Shown piece after piece: positions 11,001-23,000 of a stretch of DNA of 64,000 bases. The translations under genes were made by a program, and so were the position numbers. The first letter of the stretch is position 1, and every line of letters starts with the position of its first letter. The notes under the pieces were generated by a model. It was not told where the DNA came from. It saw only the letters and a program-made list of their open reading frames with translations, and ran no database searches. Source of the DNA: Nemertoderma westbladi (taxonomy: Eukaryota > Animalia > Xenacoelomorpha); contig JAUCBJ010003424.1 of assembly GCA_032718475.1 (NCBI GenBank), positions 55,353 to 119,352 on the forward strand, given 5' to 3'.

Positions 11001-11809
11001 TAAACCCTCAGACGATGATGTCGGAAGGATATATCTCCGCTATGCCCCAATATGACGAACTTATCGAGGTTGTTGATATTTTGCCCCACGACAGCGGATT
11101 CCGAGTGGTGCGCGAGTATCTGTTACAAATTCACCCGGATAACAAAAACACATGGAATTTTCAGAAAGTCGTTAATCGGATTACGTATGGTGAATTCGAT
11201 CGTTTCCGAACTGAAAAGCGGAACAAGGGAGCTTGGTTAACCGTCGCATGGGCGTACCGAGCTGCGTTTTACCACAAACGTATACGAGCAAGCGTATTCG
11301 AGGAAGAGGAGGTCCTAGAGGCGACGAATATACCAGCCACTCCGGTTGCGCCGTCTGCACGTCACCCTCGGGAGGACGGGCAGGGTAGGATCATACGGGT
11401 CCAGAAGGTGGGCCAACAATTGAAGAAAATTATTAATGTAGAAGAACGCAAGGGAGTTGAGCCGACTATTCGAGTTACTCGGGATACGGTATCACTTCCA
11501 AGAGAACCGGTAGGAGGATCGGGACATACACCAGCTGATCAACAGGGGGCGCAAGCTACTCTTGGGTCTGCGTCGTCCACTTCTCGCGCGTTCCCAGACG
11601 TTCTACCAACTGTAGTGACGACTGATCGGTCACGAGGAATCGGTCGAGGTTTTGGGATGCCAAATAGACGAATTTGCGAGGAAATAGTCGCACCGTCTCT
11701 CAACGTCCCAAGTAAACCAGTGACTCGCCCCACAAGTCCCATATCGCGAGCAAAGTCACCTGTGCGCAGTTTTCGAGGACGCGGCAGGGCTCGATCCACT
11801 AAGCGATAA
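8084..11809 (+). CDS. ORF2 of the BEL/Pao element: putative DEDDy (RNase D/WRN-like) 3'-5' exonuclease plus three CCHC zinc knuckles
   Basis: Intact 1241 aa. ExoI-like FYDNEG (9488-9505), TIQIRA, LPKMVRNMILDKTVVKVGSGVREDL (ExoII-like D at 9764), YVDT, and W...LQYYLAIE (ExoIII-like, 10076-10093). Knuckles CSKCGVAGHHMAKC, CGWCGDQGSHTFYTC and CTYCNIKGHRASEC (10679-10860). No obvious signal peptide or TM anchor. Confidence 0.75.
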   Translation: MEKGIQGEPRWGYDIQEEAAAPFERFGAKDYTIFGIKELSESTAKLARTKYDSNVLKRRQNALNERIESLRQTFNELYPYDALCDTGDISEDPDTEISRLYHTMQYLKAHEPMPAVRDEFDGMHLYRRTRGDDRETKEAFSVYKLYYQCGSCMREQRNAIPMRLNKENPEPILARCSNHQQLRYQEGGYPLSNPYHSFAMTGPKAGETVIYPPKVVEPDVFELTLDEANQSTREKKEALSLYRAYKAFEKGEMEEWGGRLASLPCHWTSHDQTSAKEMTPEVFESINFAQNVIQRLQIASPERPREMQPYSTSTMKPLSTTLNFPISIPVRQDTTYEIPIVDHPEIISNLEFLPAVVFSDMSKIYDLRRHITQKVVNNVPPHIQDFKELDRAGADIAPSNLKGYLTKTIRLWIGTGTFESDTDIAADWRGKVIRFDEDKDIEKIWQPSEELLDEWTRTFRSFQENGYMFYDNEGGSHQQSLTSKTIQIRAADGVLHVFSRQRSDKRMPIPPANTKRHHLITDIVKKMDQACNIDARMLPKMVRNMILDKTVVKVGSGVREDLISDFAGMTDSDDRLPTPYVDTRPLILWSIEQGYFREYNTQKTGTGYISYLLFNWDYKEGKRNKYIETYGEGDTPDMSEFESQLKWRGCVYWAITSPPRAVLQYYLAIESSVNVCLIADIVSRTLKRHPLCLGEDHTFYMEGRIRTDVFRRFLEPFYNSDAQCNAFTRAGFSIFRDVYLRCAGSLIERPSMFTLLPYEGERIVEITDESRQTRAPIGHLGDEFEVTTTIADDPLEELLEIERNLPKKSQTEIRQLEATDAIVCIQPSETYQPIDPDDYDYSMGGSARPIGDLIYERVWYPANTMCSKCGVAGHHMAKCSGKHITTTQLICGWCGDQGSHTFYTCWRFMAQCTYCNIKGHRASECQLRDIPYEHESVKLVRKLFDEWEDLADEHVSAQRRRFPMRAHLGFWAVNPQTMMSEGYISAMPQYDELIEVVDILPHDSGFRVVREYLLQIHPDNKNTWNFQKVVNRITYGEFDRFRTEKRNKGAWLTVAWAYRAAFYHKRIRASVFEEEEVLEATNIPATPVAPSARHPREDGQGRIIRVQKVGQQLKKIINVEERKGVEPTIRVTRDTVSLPREPVGGSGHTPADQQGAQATLGSASSTSRAFPDVLPTVVTTDRSRGIGRGFGMPNRRICEEIVAPSLNVPSKPVTRPTSPISRAKSPVRSFRGRGRARSTKR

Positions 11810-11879
11810 AAGGGAGGGCAAGGGTGGACGGAAGACTCGTGGGCCTTTCTTATGATTTGTGATTTATTTTGAATTATAT

Positions 11880-12340
11880 GTTTTATATTTAGAAAATTTA
11901 GTAAAACTTATATTTATATTTGTGTTTATTCCGAACTTATGCAATTTGTATTGTTCCGAATTTATGAAATTTAGAAATAAGAACTTATATTTTGTAAACT
12001 TATATTTAGTAAAACTTATATTTTATATTTGTGATTATTCCGAACTTATGCAATTTATATTATTCCGAACTTATGCAATTTATATTGTTCCGAATATTAT
12101 GCAATCTATATTTTATAAGCAAAAGTTTTATAGTTAGAAAGTTTTGTGCTTAGAAAGACTCATATTTGTAATTATTCCAAACTTATGCAATCTACATTTA
12201 GGTACGAAAGTATTTGTAATTACTTGAATTTATGCAATATTTGAGATGCAATAGTAGATGGAAGACTCGCGAGCCTTTCTTATTGTTTTCATTTATTTGT
12301 ATTTGTAATTGTTTGAATTTATGCAATATTGAGATGCAAT
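11880..12340 (+). repeat. AT-rich 3' UTR with degenerate short direct repeats (TTCCGAACTTATGCAAT)
   Basis: Motif recurs about 8 times, e.g. near 11930, 12038, 12063 and 12176. Confidence 0.7.
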
Positions 12341-12574
12341 AGATTTATATTGGTGAATTTAATTTAGATTTATATTGTACTTACTTAGTAAAGCCTTAAA
12401 TACGTAAAGTTTGAATTTGTAATTATTTTGTATCGAATCATTATGTAGAAAGGAAGTATTGTTCGAAATTTAATTGTAAATATGTAAGTACGCCCTAAGT
12501 ATTCTATAGTTTGATTGATTATTGGTGAAAACCGTATATTTTATGCACGATAATATCCTGTTTTCATGGAGCGG

Positions 12575-13258
12575 TATAGAATTATATTCCCTAAATGCCG
12601 TGGATTTTCAAAATTTTATTTTATTCGAATTAACTTTGTAAAGATTGCTTTGAGTTCTCATTCGTATTGGTTCTATCTATTGTGCACCTATCGGTCAAGT
12701 GGTTCAGTAGCTCAGTCGGTAGAGCGTTGGAAATTATATGTGTAGTAGGTATCGAGTTCGAATCCTAGTAAGTGCGAATTATTTTTTGTGCAGAATTTCA
12801 ACTCATTTAAATTAACCGCTACAAATTAATTGCATTTGTCTGTACCAATGAGACTGTAGTTATTTGATTGTAACCAATGTCGTGCAAGTTATATATTAGC
12901 TGGACCAATAGCTATCTTTAAAACCTTGTTAGAACCCATAGAACAATCGAGAATTTTCTCGATTGATTGCGGCACAAATTTGGTATATAAAGGTGCGATT
13001 CGTTCATTAGTTATCAATCACATTCTATCTATCATTCAATCAATCTCTCTGTCGTGCTTAGTTTATTCTCAGATTACATTGTATTATAATTGTGTCTTCT
13101 GTAATAAAGTCAGAATATTCTCTCAGCTTTTCTATCTGTTTTACTATGAATTCACTACGGTGAACAAACTCAGGGACAGGATGGCCGGCTAGAGATCGGG
13201 CCGCAGCAATGAACGGGAACATCACGGGAATGTAGACGAGAGACAACCCGCAATACCA
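12575..13258 (+). repeat. Putative 3' LTR of the BEL/Pao element
   Basis: PPT-like GGAGCGG at 12568-12574; three CCAAT boxes (~12845, 12874, 12905); TATATAAA at 12984; Inr-like TTAGTT at ~13007; AATAAA at 13103. A canonical TG...CA boundary is not clearly seen. Confidence 0.5.
12701..12776 (+). promoter_or_regulatory. tRNA-like sequence / Pol III internal promoter (A box and B box)
   Basis: TAGCTCAGTCGGTAGAGC (D arm/A box, from 12708) and GAGTTCGAATCC (B box, 12754-12765). Anticodon and acceptor stems do not pair well, so it is not a functional tRNA. Confidence 0.7.
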
Positions 13259-14463
13259 TTTAGAGTTATTCGCCCATCGCCTGAAAGGTTAGACAGCGTT
13301 CGATCCTTGCTACCTAAGTATAAGACCAAAAGATCAAAAGGTAGACGTAGTGACACGCTGTAAGCCCAAAATTACATCATAGGGACTGTACTGTCTTGAT
13401 TCAGGAAAACCCACAGTAGACCTTCACTTTCCTACGGGGGGGGAGGGAGAGAGAGCAGATACTAGTACGCAGATAGGACGTAGGCACACCGGTACAAGGC
13501 ATACACATTGGTTAGGGTGCAGCAAACTGTACGCTTAACTCTTGCTAAGTACAGGTGTGTGTGCGACTATTTGCAGTACGACAGTGTCCATTACATCAGA
13601 ACTTGTAGGCTAGGGGGGTTGCTGTGTTTTCACCTGAATTGGGATTGTACCGTTCAGGCGGTAGGGCAGTTTACGCTAGGCGCAAATAAATTGAGGCTAT
13701 CAGGGATACTAACATCTACCGTGTCCCCGCCAACGCCCTAATAGGAAGTTACCCGGACTACCTGGGTGACTAAAATTCTAGATAGGAGCCAGGATAGCTA
13801 TACGTACGGGTACCCGTACGCCTACAGTAGTAAACTAACACATCTCTTCTTAGTATCAGGGACCTGGTACCTAAAATTGCCGAATTCTGGGCGTAGTATT
13901 AACCTTATGCCTGAATTTGAGTCCTGGAAATACGCAAGAGGGGAAGGAACCTTATCATTCGTGAGTATTGGACCTACAAGTTACAAAATTAGAATATTCG
14001 TAAATGCACACCGTACCCAGTAATTATATATGTGAAGGAGCAAAACTGTTTTGACCGTTCAGAATTAACACACGCGCGTTAGAAATTATTTACACCTCGA
14101 AATATATAAAATTAACTTTGTCCGTACTGTGCTTTGCCCGCTAGTTAGACATCTCCAAATCTCTGCCTGTACCTAGCTAGCGTCTCTTTGCCCAACCATA
14201 TAAATCACACCGCGGCAAAGTATACGAGCCCCTTAGTCCGTCAGTGAGTCAGCCTGATTTTAGGATTCGCTGCGCGGGATTTGTTTTATCGAAGTTTGTC
14301 TGCTCGTAGACTGTTTTCTGCCTCACCGGTTATAAGAGATCGATACTGCAATATATTCGTTTACTTAGAGTTTACTGTTTTGGTGAGAAGGTCGGATTTA
14401 TGATTTGATTTACAAACTTTACAGTAGGATATTGCAGGTATTGTTACCGTCTCTTCCAATATA

Positions 14464-17400
14464 GAGACTATCAAATCAAATAAATCGACATATTCTCACT
14501 AGGACTACCTCGACACAATCCTCTACATGGATACCATCAAATCAAATAAATCGCCATATTCTCACTAGGACTACCTCGACACAATCCTCTACATGGAGAC
14601 TATCAAATCAAATAAATCGACATATTCTCACTAGGACTACCTCGATACAATCCTCTACATGAGACTATCAAATCAAATAAATCGACATATTCTCACTAGG
14701 ACTACCTCGACACAATCCTCTACATGGAGACTATCAAATCAAATAAATCGACATATTCTCACTAGGACTACCTCGACACAATCTACATGGAGACTATCAA
14801 ATTAAATAAATCGACATATTCTCCCTAGGACTACCTCGACACAATCCTCTACATGGAGACTATCAAATAAAATAAATCGACATATTCTCACTAGGACTAC
14901 CTCGACACAATCCTCTACATGGAGACTATCAAATCAAATAAATCGACATATTCTCACTAGGACTACCTCGACACAATCCTCTACATAGAGACTATCAAAT
15001 CAAAGAAATCGACATATTCTCACTAGGACTACCTCGACACAATCCTCTACATGGAGACTATCAAATCAAATAAATCGACATATTCTCACTAGGACTACCT
15101 CGACACAATCCTCCACATGGAGACTATCAAATCAAATAAATCGACATATTCTCACTAGGACTACCTCGACACAATCTACATGGAGACTATCAAATCAAAT
15201 AAATCGACATATTCTCCCTAGGACTACCTCGACACAATCCTCTACATGGAGACTATCAAATAAAATAAATCGACATATTCTCACTAGGACTACCTCGACA
15301 CAATCCTCCACATGGAGACTATCAAATAAAATAAATCGACATATTCTCACTAGGACTACCTCGACACAATCCTCCACATGGAGACTATCAAATCAAATAA
15401 ATCGACATATTCTCACTAGGACTACCTCGACACAATCCTCCACATGGAGACTATCAAATCAAATAAATCGACATATTCTCACTAGGACTATATCGACACA
15501 ATCTACATGGAGACTATCAAATCAAATAAATCGACATATTCTCCCTAGGACTACCTCGACACAATCCTCTACATGGAGACTATCAAATAAAATAAATCGA
15601 CATATTCTCACTAGGACTACCTCGACACAATCCTCTACATGGAGACTATCAAATCAAATAAATCGACATATTCTCACTAGGACTACCTCGACACAATCCT
15701 CTACATAGAGACTATCAAATCAAAGAAATCGACATATTCTCACTAGGACTACCTCGACACAATCCTCTACATGGAGACTATCAAATCAAATAAATCGACA
15801 TATTCTCACTAGGACTACCTCGACACAATCCTCTACATGGAGACTATCAAATCAAATAAATCGACATATTCTCCCTAGGACTACCTCGACACAATCCTCT
15901 ACATGGAGACTATCAAATAAAATAAATCGACATATTCTCACTAGGACTACCTCGACACAATCCTCTACATGGAGACTATCAAATCAAATAAATCGACATA
16001 TTCTCACTAGGACTACCTCGACACAATCCTCTACATAGAGACTATCAAATCAAAGAAATCGACATATTCTCACTAGGACTACCTCGACACAATCCTCTAC
16101 ATGGAGACTATCAAATCAAATAAATCGACATATTCTCACTAGGACTACCTCGACACAATCCTCCACATGGAGACTATCAAATCAAATAAATCGACATATT
16201 CTCACTAGGACTACCTCGACACAATCCTCTACATGGAGACTATCAAATCAAAGAAATCGACATATTCTCACTAGGACTACCTCGACACAATCCTCTACAT
16301 GGAGACTATCAAATCAATTAAATCGACATATTCTCACTAGGACTACCTCGACACAATCCTCTACATAGAGACTATCAAATCAAATAAATCGACATATTCT
16401 CACTAGGACTACCTCGACACAATCCTCTACATGGATACCATCAAATCAAATAAATCGACATATTCTCACTAGGACTACCTCGACACAATCCTCTACATGG
16501 AGACTATCAACTCAAATAAATCGACATATTCTCACTAGGGCTACCTCGACACAATCCTCTACATGGAGACTATCAACTCAAAAAAATCGACATATTCTCA
16601 CTAGGACTACCTCGAAGCAATCCTCTACATATGAGACTATCAAATCAAATAAATCGATATATTCTCACTAGGACTACCTCGACACGATCCTCTACATGGA
16701 GACTATCGAATCAAAGAAATCGACATATTCTCACTAGGACTACCTCGATACAATCCTCTACATGAGACTATCAAATAAAATAAATCGAAATATTCTCACT
16801 AGGACTACCTCGACACAATCCTCTACATGGAGACTATCAAATAAAATAAATCGACACATTCTCACTAGGACTACCTCGACACAATCCTATACATGGAGAC
16901 TATCAAATCAAATAAATCGACACATTCTCACTAGGACTACCTCGACACAATCCTATACATGGAGACTATCAAATCAATTAAATCGACATATTCTCACTAG
17001 GACTACCTAGACACGATCCTCTACATGGAGACTATCAAATCAAATAAATCGACATATTCTCACTAGGACTACCTCGACACAATCCTCTACATGGAGACTA
17101 TCAAATCAAATAAATCGACATATTCTCACTAGGACTACCTCGACACAATCCTCTACATGGAGACTATCAACTCCAATAAATCGACATATTCTCACTAGGG
17201 CTACCTCGACACAATCCTCTACATGGAGACTATCAACTCAAAGAAATCGACCTATTCTCACTAGGACTACCTCGAAGCAATCCTCTACATATGAGACTAT
17301 CAAATCAAATAAATCGATATATTCTCACTAGGACTACCTCGACACGATCCTCTACATGGAGACTATCAAATCAAAGAAATCGACATATTCTCACTAGGAC

Positions 17401-19830
17401 TACCTCGATACAATCCTCTACATGAGACTATCAAATAAAATAAATCGACATATTCTCACTAGGACTACCTCGACACAATCCTCTACATGGAGACTATCAA
17501 ATAAAATAAATCGACACATTCTCACTAGGACTACCTCGACACAATCCTATACATGGAGACTATCAAATCAAATAAATCGACACATTCTCACTAGGACTAC
17601 CTCGACACAATCCTATACATGGAGACTATCAAATCAAATAAATCGACACATTCTCACTAGGACTACCTCGACACAATCTACATGGAGACTATCAAATCAA
17701 AGAAATCGACATATTCTCACTAGGACTACCTCGACACGATCCTCTACATGGAGACTATCAAATCAAATAAATCGACATATTCTCACTAGGACTACCTCGA
17801 CACAATCCTCTACATGGAGACTATCAAATAAAATAAATCGACACATTCTCACTAGGACTACCTCGACACAATCCTATACATGGAGACTATCAAATCAAAT
17901 AAATCGACACATTCTCACTAGGACTACCTCGACACAATCTACATGGAGACTATCAAATCAAAGAAATCGACATATTCTCACTAGGACTACCTCGACACGA
18001 TCCTCTACATGGAGACTATCAAATCAAATAAATCGACATATTCTCACTAGGACTACCTCGACACAATCCTCTACATGGAGACTATCAAATAAAATAAATC
18101 GACACATTCTCACTAGGACTACCTCGACACAATCCTATACATGGAGACTATCAAATCAAATAAATCGACACATTCTCACTAGGACTACCTCGACACAATC
18201 CTCTACATAGAGACTATCAAATCAATTAAATCGACATATTCTCACTAGGACTACCTAGACACGATCCTCTACATGGAGACTATCAAATCAAATAAATCGA
18301 CACATTCTCACTAGGACTACCTCGACACAATCTACATGGAGACTATCAAATCAAAGAAATCGACATATTCTCACTAGGACTACCTCGACACAATCCTCTA
18401 CATGGAGACTATCAAATCAATTAAAACGATATATTCTCACTAGGACTACCTCGACACGATCCTCTACATGGAGACTATCAAATCAAATAAATCGACATAT
18501 TCTCACTAGGACTACCTCGACACAATCCTCTACATGGAGACTATCAAATCAAATAAATCGATATATTCTCACTAGGACTACCTCGACACGATCCTCTACA
18601 TGGAGACTATCAAATCAAAGAAATCGACACATTCTCACTAGGACTACCTCGACACAATCCTCTACATAGAGACTATCAAATCAATTAAATCGACATATTC
18701 TCACTAGGACTACCTAGACACGATCCTCTACATGGAGACTATCAAATCAAATAAATCGACACATTCTCACTAGGACTACCTCGACACAATCTACATGGAG
18801 ACTATCAAATCAAAGAAATCGACATATTCTCACTAGGACTACCTCGACACAATCCTCTACATGGAGACTATCAAATCAATTAAATCGATATATTCTCACT
18901 AGGACTACCTCGACACGATCCTCTACATGGAGACTATCAAATCAAATAAATCGACATATTCTCACTAGGACTACCTCGACACAATCCTCTACATGGAGAC
19001 TATCAAATCAAATAAATCGATATATTCTCACTAGGACTATCTCGACACGATCCTCTACATGGAGACTATCAAATCAAAGAAATCGACACATTCTCACTAG
19101 GACTACCTCGATACAATCCTCTACATGAGACTATCAAATAAAATAAATCGACATATTCTCACTAGGACTACCTCGACACAATCCTCTACATGGAGACTAT
19201 CAAATCAAATAAATCGACATATTCTCACTAGGACTACCTCGACACAATCCTCTACATGGAGACTATCAAATCAAAGAAATCGACACATTCTCACTAGGAC
19301 TACCTCGATACAATCCTCTACATGAGACTATCAAATAAAATAAATCGACATATTCTCACTAGGACTACCTCGACACAATCCTCTACATGGAGACTATCAA
19401 ATCAAAGAAATCGACATATTCTCACTAGGACTACCTCGACACAATCCTCTACATGGAGACTATCAAATCAAATAAATCGACATATTCTCACTAGGACTAC
19501 CTCGACACGATCCTCTACATGGAGACTATCAAATCAAAGAAATCGACACATTCTCACTAGGACAACCTCGACACGATCCTCTACATGGAGACTATCAAAT
19601 CAAAGAAATCGACACATTCTCACTAGGACTACCTCGATACAATCCTCTACATGAGACTATCAAATAATATAAATCGACATATTCTCACTAGGACTACCTC
19701 GACACAATCCTCTACATGGAGACTATCAAATCAAAGAAATCGACATATTCTCACTAGGACTACCTCGACACAATCCTCTACATGGAGACTATCAACTCAA
19801 ATAAATCGACATATTCTCACTAGGACTACC
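14464..19830. repeat. 66-bp tandem satellite, ~80 copies
   Basis: Unit ATGGAGACTATCAAATCAAATAAATCGACATATTCTCACTAGGACTACCTCGACACAATCCTCTAC, with occasional 63-, 65- and 67-bp variants. Confidence 0.98.
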
Positions 19831-20046
19831 ACGCACGGCCCTCATCCCAAACTCTGTAATAACCGGAATCCCTTTCATGAAATAACATCCTCTTGTTCTT
19901 GTAAGTATTGCGGCTTCCTCAAAACTTTATGGTACCATGATTTGGATTGTCTAAAAGCCCCGTCATTATCATTTTAAGCAACATCCCCTTGAATTGTTTG
20001 TAGTAGGTCGAATTAATGCGTCATATTGCGTTCTTTCGATCAATAC

Positions 20047-23000
20047 AATTCATTCCATTCTGATAGTTCATTCCATTCTGATAGTTAATTCCATTCTGAT
20101 AGTTCATTCCATTCTGATAGTTCATTCCATTCTGATAGTTCATTCCATTCTGATAGTTAATTCCATTCTGATAGTTCATTCCATTCTGATAGTTAATTCC
20201 ATTCTGATAGTTCATTCCATTCTGATAGTTAATTCCATTCTGATAGTTCATTCCATTCTGATAGTTCATTCCATTCTGATAGTTCATTCCATTCTGATAG
20301 TTAATTCCATTCTGATAGTTCATTCCATTCTGATAGTTAATTCCATTCTGATAGTTCATTCCATTCTGATAGTTCATTCCATTCTGATAGTTCATTCCAT
20401 TCTGATTGTTCATTCCATTCTGATAGTTAATTCCATTCTGATAGTTCATTCCATTCTGATTGTTAATTCCATTCTGATTGTTCATTCCATTCTGATAGTT
20501 CATTCCATTCTGATAGTTCATTCCATTCTGATAGTTCATTCCATTCTGATAGTTAATTCCATTCTGATTGTTCATTCCATTCTGATAGTTCATTCCATTC
20601 TGATAGTTCATTCCATTCTGATAGTTAATTCCATTCTGATTGTTAATTCCATTCTGATTGTTAATTCCATTCTGATTGTTCATTCCATTCTGATAGTTCA
20701 TTCCATTCTGATAGTTCATTCCATTCTGATAGTTAATTCCATTCTGATAGTTCATTCCATTCTGATTGTTAATTCCATTCTGATTGTTAATTCCATTCTG
20801 ATTGTTCATTCCATTCTGATAGTTCATTCCATTCTGATAGTTCATTCCATTCTGATAGTTCATTCCATTCTGATAGTTCATTCCATTCTGATTGTTAATT
20901 CCATTCTGATAGTTCATTCATTCCATTCTGATAGTTCATTCCATTATGATTGTTCATTCCATTCTGATAGTTCATTCCATTCTGATAGTTCATTCCATTC
21001 TGATAGTTCATTCCATTCTGATAGTTCATTCCATTCTGATAGTTCATTCCATTCTGATTGTTCATTCCATTGTGATAGTTCATTCCATTCTGATTGTTAA
21101 TTCCATTCTGATAGTTCATTCCATTCTGATTGTTAATTCCATTCTGATAGTTCATTCCATTCTGATAGTTCATTCCATTCTGATAGTTCATTCCATTCTG
21201 ATTGTTCATTCCATTCTGATAGTTAATTCTATTCTGATAGTTCATTCCATTCTGATAGTTCATTCCATTCTGATAGTTCATTCCATTCTGATAGTTAATT
21301 CCATTATGATAGTTAATTCCATTCCGATAGTTCATTCCATTCTGATAGTTAATTCTATTCTGATAGTTAATTCTATTCTGATTGTTAATTCCATTCTGAT
21401 TGTTAATTCCATTCTGATTGTTCATTCCATTCTGATAGTTCATTCCATTCTGATAGTTCATTCCATTCTGATAGTTAATTCCATTCTGATAGTTCATTCC
21501 ATTCTGATTGTTAATTCCATTCTGATTGTTCATTCCATTCTGATAGTTCATTCCATTCTGATAGTTCATTCCATTCTGATAGTTCATTCCATTCTGATTG
21601 TTAATTCCATTCTGATAGTTCATTCCATTCTGATAGTTCATTCCATTCTGATAGTTCATTCCATTCTGATTGTTCATTCCATTCTGATAGTTCATTCCAT
21701 TCTGATAGTTCATTCCATTCTGATAGTTCATTCCATTCTGATAGTTTATTCCATTCTGATAGTTCATTCCATTCTGATAGTTCATTCCATTCTGATTGTT
21801 CATTCCATTCTGATAGTTCATTCCATTCTGATAGTTCATTCCATTCTGATAGTTCATTCCATTCTGATAGTTTATTCCATTCTGATAGTTCATTCCATTC
21901 TGATTGTTCATTCCATTCTGATTGTTCATTCCATTCTGATAGTTCATTCCATTCTGATAGTTCATTCCATTCTGATAGTTCATTCCATTCTGATAGTTCA
22001 TTCCATTCTGATAGTTCATTCATTCCATACTGGTTGTTCATTCCGTTCTGATAGTTCATTCCATTCTGATAGTTCATTCATTCCATACTGGTTGTTCATT
22101 CCATTCTGATAGTTCATTCCATTCTGATAGTTCATTCATTCCATTCTGATAGTTCACTCATTCCATTCTGATAGTTCATTCCATTCTGATTGTTCATTCC
22201 ATTCTGATTGTTCATTCCATTCTGATAGTTCATTCCATTCTGATAGTTCATTCCATTCTGATAGTTCATTCATTCCATACTGGTTGTTCATTCCATTCTG
22301 ATAGTTCATTCCATTCTGATAGTTCATTCATTCCATTCTGATAGTTCACTCATTCCATTCAGATAGTTCATTCCATTCTGATTGTTCATTCCATTCTGAT
22401 TGTTCATTCCATTCTGATAGTTCATTCCATTCTGATAGTTCATTCCATTCTGATTGTTCATTCCATTCTGATAGTTCATTCCATTCTGATAGTTCATTCC
22501 ATTCTGATAGTTCATTCCATTCTGATAGTTCATTCCATTCTGATAGTTAATTCCATTCTGATTGTTAATTCCATTCTGATAGTTAATTCCATTCTGATAG
22601 TTAATTCCATTCTGATAGTTCATTCCATTCTGATAGTTCATTCCATTCTGATAGTTCATTCCATTCTGATAGTTCATTCCATTCTGATAGTTCATTCCAT
22701 TCTGATAGTTCATTCCATTCTGATAGTTCATTCCATTCTGATAGTTCATTCCATTCTGATAGTTTATTCCATTCTGATAGTTCATTCCATTCTGATTGTT
22801 AATTCCATTCTGATAGTTCATTCCATTCTGATAGTTCATTCCATTCTGATAGTTCATTCCATTCTGATAGTTCATTCCATTCTGATAGTTCATTCCATTA
22901 TGATTGTTCATTCCATTCTGATAGTTCATTCCATTCTGATAGTTCATTCCATTCTGATAGTTTATTCCATTCTGATAGTTCATTCCATTCTGATTGTTAA

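Larger units (their letters stand above)
1..13258 (+). mobile_element. BEL/Pao LTR retrotransposon (5' end outside window) with an extra ORF2
   Basis: gag-PR-RT-RNaseH-IN order with BEL-type motifs, extra ORF, AT-rich 3' UTR and an LTR-like promoter/polyA region. The 3' boundary is approximate because the 5' LTR is not in the window. Confidence 0.9.

Noticed and set aside
304-11799. Short antisense or alternative-frame ORFs overlapping gag, pol and ORF2
   Set aside because: Shadow ORFs of long coding regions and repeats, with no recognisable motifs.
8084-11809. ORF2 as an env glycoprotein or a second gag
   Set aside because: No signal peptide or TM segment is seen. BEL gag with its knuckles is already present upstream, and the central motifs fit an exonuclease better.
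12701-12776. Functional tRNA gene
   Set aside because: Acceptor and anticodon stems do not pair; kept only as a tRNA-like promoter.
14464-19977. ORFs (WRLSNQINRHILTRTTSTQSST)n and a CRISPR-like look of the 66-bp array
   Set aside because: Pure tandem repeat with no unique spacers and no cas genes; frames are broken by indels and stops.
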